DNA of 64,000 bases from the human T2T-CHM13v2.0 reference genome, Homo sapiens, in the NCBI RefSeq assembly GCF_009914755.1, contig NC_060926.1; one strand, written 5' to 3'. Positions 54,332 to 64,000 of the stretch are shown piece by piece. Within the stretch, counting starts at the first letter, position 1. Every line of letters begins with the position of its first letter. Made by a program: the position numbers and the translations under genes. The notes beneath the pieces were generated by a model. It was given only the letters and a program-made list of their open reading frames with translations, made no database searches and was not told where the DNA came from.

Positions 54332-54438
54332 AAAAGTCACTAAGAAATAAGGCAGAAAGCTTTGTATTATACTGAGATAATCCCTGAGGATATCTCAGTA
54401 TAATACAAAGCTTTCTGCCTTATTTCTTAGTGACTTTT
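54332..54438. repeat. Perfect 48-bp inverted repeat with 11-nt spacer
   Basis: 54332-54379 is the exact reverse complement of 54391-54438. Confidence 0.98.
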
Positions 54439-54559
54439 CTTTGAGGGTGGTGGAGGGGTTGTCGGTTTGTTTTGATGCTGCTCATCACATGGCTTTAAGG
54501 AAACTTCTGATATTAAAATGGAAAAGTGTTGACAGATATATACTGGCAGTGCTCTGCTG

Positions 54560-54740
54560 CATCATGGTGGAGCCCCAGGCAAAGGAAACATCAGGCATAT
54601 CGATCCTCTATTATTTAAAATGTTGATATTATATTCATCAGTAATTTTTTGCATTGACCTTTATATCTATAAATATTGCATTTAAATCTGACTTACCTTA
54701 GTTACTGAGTTTTTTGCAACCCCCTTGCATTTGACACCTT
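54560..54740. mobile_element. hAT-type MER DNA transposon fragment
   Basis: ttttttgcatt...aatattgcatt...ttactgagttttttgcaacccccttgcattt; family uncertain. Confidence 0.5.
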
Positions 54741-56429
54741 TGATCCAATCCTGTCTGTTAAGACACCTCCTATGTGCCAGCCACCTTGAAGCAGACACAG
54801 GCCTTGCCCTCATGGACACCATACTCTGGTAGGGTCATGACGTTAACAAAAAAGGCCACACAAACATAATCATAAAGAATAGAGAGCTACGCAAGTCTAT
54901 GAGAGGTGCACCTCACCTGGGCTCCTTGCCTTTGACCTGCTCACTGAAGGATGAATGCTGATTAATGCAGTTTAGACCATTTCACTTATGTGAGCCCTTG
55001 GTTTCGGAAGGTATGGGTGCTTATCTAAATGAGAATCAGTCTGCCGGGTGGCAAAGCATATTTTGAATTTTTGTATTACATTGCATCAGTCATAAGCATT
55101 TGCCTTAATTTCTGATCTCAAGGCAATCTTTAAACCAGTTTTATTTGGAGTGGGGGCCTGCCGGTTAAGTCAATTATTTCTTTAGAAATGAATTTAAGAT
55201 TAGTGAGACAGCCTTATAGGTACGAGATAATTTTTTTTTCCTCGTACACCCCAAGCAGTTAGTTAACTGGGGTGGGAGAGATTTTTTAAAGTTGATATTT
55301 AATACATATTTAGTATTTAAATTGCCTTTATTTGATCTCATCAGAAATCTGTAGGACGTCAAGCAAAAAGGAATTCCTCTCCTGAGATCAAAGCAGCTAA
55401 TTTCTTACCAAACAAACCTTCATACAATAATAGGAAAAAGAAGTGTGTACTCAGCTCGCTTTTTATTATTCTGTATGAGATGATAACAACAAAATGCACA
55501 GGTATTTTTTTCTTTAGAAGTTCAAGCAATTGTTCTACAAAAGGTTTAGATTTTCAAATTCTATGACCTTCAGGAGAACACTGCCACTATGGTTGTCTAT
55601 TTGCACAGTTTGGATGATGTTGATTTTTTGGAATCCCATTGCTTTTACATACATTATCTTATTTGAAACTCAAAGCAATCCTGTGAATAAGTAGAATATG
55701 CACTTTGATTACTATCTCAAATATGAAGCAGCTCATCTCACCAGTGAGTGGTAAGCTGTTAGAAATTATCAGAGATAGAGACCCAAGCTGATTAAAAGTG
55801 TTGAAGCCTTACACATTTTTTAATTAAAGTGATATTAAAATATAAAATATTTATATATTTATAGGCATAACAAACGTAACAACCATGCAACTTCAAAATG
55901 CATTTTAAAACTCCCAGATAATTTTAATGTGTCATTTTTTCAAAAGAGGCCTAAAGTAACTTCATTGTAGTCTAAGAATTTTCTAATGGATTGCACATTG
56001 ACAGGTATAAATTCACATTTCCACATTCTCACACAGAAGACTAGGATGCAGGTTCTGATGCCATTTTTCACTTCCACAATGGAACACTGTATTTTGAGGA
56101 GCAGCATCATCTCAGCCACTCATCACTCATTCCAAATGTTGTTCATCTTGGTGACCTCTGTAAAAACATGCTAAGCAGCTGCACACAGGGCTGCTGGTGG
56201 GTTCCACTGTGTGCACCGCAGGCAAGTCTTCTTGTCTTCTGAGCCCACTTTTCCTACAGACTTCACATCTTAGCTGCTTAAAAAAAGATGTGTTCTTCTA
56301 AATAAATTCCCAAGTCATATTTGATATCTTGGAACTTCATCCTATGATATGTGTATTCTACTAGATGTTATAGTAGAATTGAAGCTTCTTTTTACATTAT
56401 TATAGCAACTGACCAAAAGAGAAAAAGAA

Positions 56430-56710
56430 TGAGGGCAGACTGAAGAGAGGTTGATTGATGAGAACAAATATACACTTGGAGAGAAGAAATAAGCTCTGGT
56501 GGTTGATAGGACTGTAGGGTAACTATAGTTAACACTAATTGTACATTTCAAAATAGCTAGAAGAGAATGATTTGAATGTTTCTAACATAAAGAAAAGACA
56601 AAAATGTAAGGTGATGGATATCCCAATTACCCTAATTTAATTATATGAATGTATCAAATTATCACATACACCCCAAAACTATGTACAACTACTATGTATC
56701 AATATAAAAG
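56430..56710 (+). mobile_element. L1MA/MB 3' end
   Basis: tgtacatttcaaaatagctagaagagaa...gtgatggatatcccaattaccc...tatgtatcaatataaaa. Confidence 0.88.
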
Positions 56711-58829
56711 ATAAGTAAGAAGAGTTATGGGAAAGATGAACGTTATATTCAATATACGTAGGTTCAGATTTTTCCAGTTTGATTGAAATTATTGCAGAAC
56801 TTTTATTTAAGGTGATGAAGATCTCCTTTATGGATAATGAATGAATGGTCCAGTGACAAGAGTCTTTTGGTTTATAAGTTGACTTGATATAGAAATGATC
56901 ACTCATTCAGTTTTTCTAAAGCTGTATCTCCTGTGTTTGTGCTGTGAGTATTTCAGGGACGATTTTGCTAATGAAGTGGCATGAAGAAAACTCCAGGTAT
57001 CACCTTGCCCAAGGGAATCAATTCTGTAGCTGTAGAATGATAGCTGATATAATTCCATAGCTGCGGCTTCTCAGTGTGGCTCCATGAAGGGAAATGCCTT
57101 TGGGATACCTGGAGCACCCATTCCAGCCAGAGCTTGAATGGATTTTAACTAAGTTCGTCCCCCCCAAAGTGGTCAGTTATAAACTGGGAAGAGTGCCAAG
57201 TTACAGCTACTGCTATATCAAGTGTAACTTTACCATTTCCTTTATCAATGGTTTTCCCTATTAGGTTGTTTCATAATGAACACATAAATGGAACTATTTG
57301 ACTAGCTGTTGTTTCTGCTTAGCAGTACATCACATTCACCACATTAAAGGAATGTGTTCAGATTGTGGAAGTGTGTGGGCATATCTAAATCAGAATAAAT
57401 GTTATGTGAAGGACATTTAAACAGTTAGGTTTAAATGCCCTGATAATAATGTTTAGATCACCAAGGGTGGTAACTGTATATCAATAGAGGTGGCATTTGC
57501 AGCTTTACGATATGGAAACTGATTTCGATCAGTTTATAGAGAGGACATTAGTCAGTCTACAGATAGCATTGCTAAACAAAATCCAGGCTTGCTGTGATAT
57601 TCAGTATCCAAGTCCTTTAATATCTTTTATCAAATGTACATTACTTTTAAAATGTCTTCACTATTTATGGCTGTATTGCTACTAATGTTTTGAAAAATAC
57701 TTAAAAGGTGGCCTGTATTAAAACTAATAAATACTCATGTCTGTGGCCAATTATCTTAAGAGCATATGCAAGCAGATATCAAAGGCTTCAGTGCCCTTAT
57801 GCGTTCAAAATTCAAAAGAGCTGAGGCTAGAAACAAACAAACAAACAAACAAACCCATTAAGGTTTATATCAAGATGTTAAGGAAGGTGATAGTATTAAA
57901 AAGGGAGTTAATTATTTTTAGTTCTCTCCTTTTTGTTCTTATGTTCCACATGGAATATATATTATTCATGTAATACAAAGTTTTTTAAAATTACTGCCAC
58001 TAGATTGTAATCAAATACATTTGTCACATGATCATTCTTCCCCCAGCAATGTCAGGACTTTATAATCCCCAGAGGACAATTGTGCATTGACTACTAACCT
58101 GGGCACAGGCATAACCCGTTTTTTAATCCCTTTCAGAGGTGGGAAGGGGTCACAGTGTATAATATCTTAGAGCTGGGCTGGCTTTCATGGTATAAATGGT
58201 CTAATTGCCCTTGTAAAATGTGATTCTGGTTTCTTCAATTATTTCTTAACCAAAGATAAAATCCCTACAGATACAATTCCAATATAAATGTACTCATGAA
58301 ACTAATATTCTATTAGATAAATGCTAATCAAAATGTGGTGTGTAGATGGTATTAATCTGTGAATTGCTTGTCACCTGTCCTCAATGAGATAGGTAAGTAC
58401 AAAACTAGCAAAGAGTTTGTCTTTGAATGAATCATTTTTTTTCTGTTGCATTTAACGGTAAAATATTTGGATTGCATGGTATGGTATCATTTTCTAACAA
58501 TTGATTTTTATTGTGTTGTACAAACATTTCAGTCTATAACAGATTTGGAGGAAAAAAATAACTTGTTACCACTTTAGACCTTTTTAAAAAAATGGGTTGG
58601 AATAATTACCATATATAAGCTATAGCCAAGGGAACAGTATTTTCAAAACCTGAAGTCAAGACATGTGTTTTGACATCAAACCAACTTACTAGAACAATAG
58701 GAAAAATTATATGTAGGATTCTGGAACTTAGGATTCCCCTCAGTACAGAGCAAGGCCCACTGATAGTTTTGTGGCACCTCTTGCCAAATGAAAGAATAAT
58801 GTTTGTCTCTTCTCCAATAATGATTCCAG

Positions 58830-58926
58830 GGCCCAGAGGATACAAGGAATCAAAAGACTTTCCCCTGAAGATGTGGAGTCCATAAGGGACATTCTGACAT
58901 CCAACATGTACCAAGTTCGGCAAAGG
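58830..58926 (+). CDS. SLC9A4: SLC9A4 coding exon 9
   Basis: Acceptor attccag|; encodes [32 protein letters not shown]. Donor |gtgtgt; 97 nt; restores phase 0. Confidence 0.93.
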
Positions 58927-61900
58927 GTGTGTATGAGCCACCTGTGTTGTCCCCATTTTCTGTCCTTGAAAACAGTCTCTGAAGGGGGAGTCTGTTGATG
59001 TTCAAGTCTCCTGATGTTCACGTCACCCTCTGTAAGGTGGTAACTTGCTGAATATTTTCTCTCTGCTTAGTTTGGAGAATAGAAAGTTAATTGTCATGTT
59101 TCTGCTGCAAAATTGGTACCTGTGACATAAAAAGAAATGCAAATCTAGTTACCGTCTCTAGGGGGCAGGCTGCCCTAGCCCTGCAGCCTGGTGCTGTCCA
59201 GAACTAGCAGGTCTCTGTAGAGAAGCACACACACCACACCACAGAACAAAGATGGCACCAGGATGCTGATCACAGTGCAGTTGTCCCAATTGTATTGACT
59301 ATAGTAAAGATGAGAAAGTTGAGATAGTTTAGGTTACAATATTGAAACTCTAATTTATAATGAATAAATGCCTGAATAAAAGGAGACATCTTATTTCTCA
59401 ATTTTGGAACTAGGTATGAAATCTCTACTAGTCCTTGGGACCTGGTCCAAAGTGCATACTAAGAAGATTTCTGAGGACACTGGATGAATCTTTCTGAAAC
59501 TTTGACTTAGTTAAATAATATTCCATTTAATTAGTCATCTAACGAAGTCATATAATGACAAGTTTTTTCAAGTTTGAGGATTTGATCATCCATTTTAATC
59601 CTAATACTTGGGTGTGATTGGAAATGAATTCATTTTGAGGGCCTTTGGTTTTGTGACTGTGTCGTTGATCATAGTCTTAATGAAACTAAAACAAAATCAC
59701 CTAGGCAAAGCTCCCCATTTTCAAAGAGAAGATGCTGAGGTCAGTGGAGTTGGTTATCTGACTTGTTCAAGGTTACAAAACAAATCCAGGTTAAGAACAC
59801 AGGTTTTCTACCCACCCACCCAGTGCTCTTTTCATGACTCTGGACTTATATAATCCAATGAAAGTGATTGTTTTCTGGTCTCCTGTTTCAACTCAAAGGT
59901 CAATGATTAAGAGGAATGTGTCAGTGAAAGGCTCTGCACCAGCTGGAGGAATACAGGTCAGCACTAATGGTAGTGCGCTTAGAGTAAATTCCATGGCTTT
60001 CAAATCATTCCAAGTGAAACTGTTTCAGTAAGACTATCACATCCTGCCTTAGATAAATAATAGATAACAACTTCCTGGTTTGAAAAATGTGGCTAGCTTA
60101 GTGAGAGCCAGAACCCATAGGGTACCTGGTACTCAGCCTTTTCCCTATGTGGATGAAGGCCAAGTTTAGGGAAAGGTCTAGAAACGGAGATGGAGATCCT
60201 AGGACTCTAATCCAGTCTCAAATAAGGTCAACTGCTCATCCTTTCTTTTCTTCCTTGGATGCAGTTTCCAAGATAGCATCCTTTGGTCTTTTTTAGTAAG
60301 TATCCTACTCATTCTGCTTTCCAGTGTTCTACTTTCTAAGCCATACAGCACCTCCCTTCCTCATTGCCCTCGAATTAAAGCACAAAGGCCTCTTTCCATT
60401 TAATAAGTTTATTGCTGATGACCTTGGGAGCCAAATGGGGAGAACACAATTGATAAACAGAGGGCAGTTACAAGCCTATGAGGTGGCTTTTTGACTCTGC
60501 TTTGCTTACTCCGTAAGTCAAACTCACCAGTCCTACCCCTTCCCGTCTTCCTTTCCTTACTCAGCTTTACAAAGGTCATAAGAATTCTCTCTTCCACCAT
60601 GGTCCTCTTGATCTCTTGAAGGAAAAGTCTACCTGAAAATGCAACTCAGGACAATTATACATTTACTCTGTTTCTAGCAGACAATCTACATTTTTGAGGA
60701 ATGTCACAAAGGGTGTACATTAGCCATCCTGCACTCTCTAGCCTGGGTGATAGATGCAGGCCTGGTAGCCAGGGCATTTCTCATTGTTCACATCTTGAAA
60801 GAGGCCATCTTGGGCGTCGGGATTTACCTCAGAGCAGGACCAGGATGAATGCAGAGTTTGACTCTGGGCGACCCTAATGCACAGTTGATCCGAAACTGAG
60901 CTGGCCCTGCTGGGTCTGTTGCTCCTAGGAGGACTCCAGCCAATTCTGTTTGAAGTCCTTCGACTCAGTACACCCAGGACAGAATCTTCATGGGTGGAAA
61001 ACTTAAGGGACTCACCTCTGGAGGTTCCCGGTAGGACAACCACAGAAGAAGCTCTCTGAAACACAGTGGGGATGGAGATTGAGAAACACTGTTACTAATC
61101 TTACAAGAGAAGAAACTGGCTTCAGCCCAGACCTCCAGGATAGGTCACAGATTGATGGGTGATTCCCGAGTAGCCTGGATAATCAGATCACTCTCAGAAT
61201 TTCTACATACTTTCAAAGGAAAAGAGCAATTTCAGTTTCCTTTAGCAAATAGTTAATACACATCTAGAATGCACCGGGCATCAGGAACACTGCACTGAAA
61301 AAGACAAAGTTCATTCTCCTTTAAGGCTCAAGGTCCAGTGGGAAATGCAAGCTCCACTATAACACAGAAATGGAGGGAGAGGAGCGAAGACACTTGCATG
61401 GACATTATATGCATAGAGCCTTCTATGCTCCCTGCAGATAGGCAAAATAGAGAAGCACGTGGGTCATGGGAGGTTATGGGAGGTGAAATGGAAGCCAAAT
61501 GTCCAAGTGTTCCTTATAAAGTGCAGCCTCCTCCCAAGTCTAGGTGTAGGAAATCCTACTAGCAATACATTGTATGTATACAAACATGCACACACACACA
61601 CACACTGAATTCAGTTTTGCATGATTTTAAAACTGATAAACAATTGTAAAAGTTTGTCTCTATATTCTTAATTCTTGTGTTATTTTTCACGACAGTGTCA
61701 TGTTACCATTTTTTAATATTTCAATGTATAAAATGCACATAGGTTGAGGTGTATCATTACTAATGATAGACAAGAATTCATATTTCAAAATGTCTTCAAA
61801 ATTCAACTTCTTGGGGCAAATTCTTGTCAGATCTGTTAATTTGCCAAAAGTGGATGATAAAGAGCTTCCATTGGGAGAAGGAGAAAGTTGGATTTACCCC

Positions 61901-61949
61901 TCCCTCACTGTTCCCTTGGCCTTCAGTTTATGCCTTCTTTTCTTTTCCC

Positions 61950-62245
61950 TTGGAGACAGTTGTCAGTCTCACTCTGTCACCCAGGCTAGAGTGCGGTGGC
62001 ATGATCATGGCTCACTGGGGCTTTGACCTCCTAGACTCAAGCGACTCTCCCACCTCAGCTTCCTGAGTAGCTAGGACCGCAGGTTCACACCACCACACCC
62101 AGCATTTTTTTTTTTTTGTATTTTTTGTAGAGATAGGGTTTAGTCATATTACTCAGGTTGGTCTCAAACTCCTGGGCTCAGTGATCCACTTGTCTTGGCC
62201 TCCTGAAGTGCTAGGATTACCAGTGTGAGCCACCTTGGCAGTCCA
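61950..62245 (-). mobile_element. AluJ-like
   Basis: Diverged reverse Alu dimer (gatcatggctcactg...ctcctgggctcagtgatcc). Confidence 0.92.
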
Positions 62246-62779
62246 GTTTACACCTTCTTTACAACACTATTTTTATACAATTATCTATTTTGTGAGGGTT
62301 ACTTTAGTTAATAGCTAATGGAAACCATAAATCTACTTAACTGGATGCACATATACTGAAACACAAACAATGAACTGCAAGCCGATGAAACCGATGAGGA
62401 TGCCATTGTCAATCCCTTGTTGACTTGACCGTCTCATGTATGGACTCAGTGAGGGCCCATTATAAATTCATACATTAAGTACTAATAGAGCTTAATCTGT
62501 TTTGTATTTGTTTGGATAAAAATCAATAGAAATAGAAGTATCAGTATTTTCTTTCTCACCCTGTGGGGCATCTTGTGGCACTTTTTGGAGTGTGTGCACC
62601 CTCCTAAAAAGCACATGACCTGGAAAATGGAGCCTCTACTCCTTGGCAGGCTGCCTGTGGCCTGGCCGCAGCCCCTCCATGCCCCTCCAGTCTCACCTCT
62701 CACACACTTTGAATGAAGCACCCCATTCTTTTATGGTAACAGACTCATTCCTGGCTCTTTTCCAGCACATCCTCTGACT

Positions 62780-63130
62780 GTTCTCTCACCTCTAAGGTGG
62801 TTACCAGCTGATGTCTTAGCTCATGTGTTTTCTCTTCCTGGAATTTATTCCCAGGATAACACTCACTCATCTTTCAAGACTCATCTCAGTACACTGAACC
62901 TTTCCCATCCAAGACTGGATGAAGTGCCTTTTGCCTGTACTCTATGACCCCCGATGATCCCAGAATCTTATCACTTAGCTGCACGCATAGCATCTTATCC
63001 CTATTGATTTGACTTCTCCAGGAAACTGTAAGCCTTTTGAAGACTGTAATTCTAATTTACTCACTTATGTAATCCTGTGCCTTCCACAGCACCTGGCACA
63101 TAGAACATTTTCTCTATTGAAGTGAAACTG
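62780..63130 (+). mobile_element. L2 3' fragment
   Basis: ctcactcatctttcaagactcatctc...cacagcacctggcacatag. Confidence 0.65.
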
Positions 63131-63525
63131 ACTATCCCTATTACAGCATCCGTCACTTGGGAGGGAGAGCCCCTGCTGTCCCAATCCTATCATCCTCCAG
63201 GACTTTGTGGTTTATCAGTGCATACAGTGTGTCACCTACTGACCCCTGGCAAACTGAGCATTTGCTGGTGGACCTTTAGTGAGCACCAGGAGGGAGAAGA
63301 AATTTCAGTTAAGCATTTTGCAAACATCTGTCTGAGGACTGACTAATGTTGGCCTAGGGTCCATGACAAGTTTCCACTGGTCTGGGGTAAAGGACAAGGA
63401 AGACATTCTCATAAAGCTAAATTGATTCAGTTTGAAGGACTGTTTTTTTTAAATCTCAAATTATGTTCTTCCTGTGACTTTGGTTAAGAGACTTTCTTCC
63501 TGAATTGATGATAATGGTGATAGGA

Positions 63526-63528
<3 letters not shown>

Positions 63529-63556
<28 letters not shown>
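63529..63556. repeat. (GT)14 microsatellite
   Basis: Read directly from the sequence. Confidence 0.97.
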
Positions 63557-63559
<3 letters not shown>

Positions 63560-63994
63560 TGTGCTTGCGTGTGTAGGTATCCTTAATTGGCAAAATTAAA
63601 AACCAAGAGCCTTATGGAAATTCCCAAAGTAGTTTAGATATTTTCCTTTCTTATTAAATTCACTGGCCTGGCATCAAAAACATGACCTGGAAAGGAAAGT
63701 GTATGTAAGGGGCAGGCCAAGTCTGTGGGTAACTAAGAGAAAGACCTCTGTAAGGGTTAGAGCAGAAGGCAGAGGCTCTAGCCACAGCTCCGCCCTGAAA
63801 GCAGTGACCTGGGGTCATAGACTTTTCTTCTTGGCGCTGAGGCTTGTTCATTCGTAATCAAGGCAAATGCTTAGCTGACCTCCAAGGTGCTCACCTGTTC
63901 TCCTGGTCTTAGGTTCCTGATGTTTCCATGGCTTCCTTGGCTGAAAGTTGTATGGAGGAGTCCTTACGTATTTGACATTCCATTTTCTCTGCAG

Positions 63995-64000
63995 ACCCTG
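63995..64000 (+). CDS. SLC9A4: Start of SLC9A4 exon 10 (cut by the window edge)
   Basis: Strong acceptor cattttctctgcag| followed by ACC CTG (T-L), which continues ...RQR-TL as expected for NHE2/NHE4. Confidence 0.8.

Noticed and set aside
59150-59170. Second CTCF-like motif (tctctagggggcag)
   Set aside because: The 5' half of the core is mismatched; too weak to call without ChIP data.

Overview
Primate genomic DNA, almost certainly human. It contains about 12 kb of upstream sequence and coding exons 1-9 of SLC9A4 (Na+/H+ exchanger NHE4) on the + strand, plus the first 6 nt of exon 10 at the window edge. All exon boundaries are GT-AG and phase-compatible: 256+464+260+218+203+87+71+162+97 = 1818 nt (606 codons) in one open frame. 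From established knowledge, SLC9A4 lies between IL18RAP and SLC9A2 at 2q12. The rest is intronic or intergenic: nine Alus (all on the minus strand), old L1/L2/MIR fragments, MaLR/ERVL LTRs, one full-length THE1 element and microsatellites. The most unusual unexplained structure is a perfect 48-bp inverted repeat in intron 8 (54332-54438). Other candidates are a kB/STAT/RUNX/E-box motif cluster in intron 2, a kB site next to (GT)24 and a CTCF motif upstream of the gene, uORFs, a THE1 whose two LTRs look like different subfamilies, and GC3-rich exons 2 and 4. I see no convincing new gene or new multi-gene system. Repeat subfamily names come from recognition, not from a database search.
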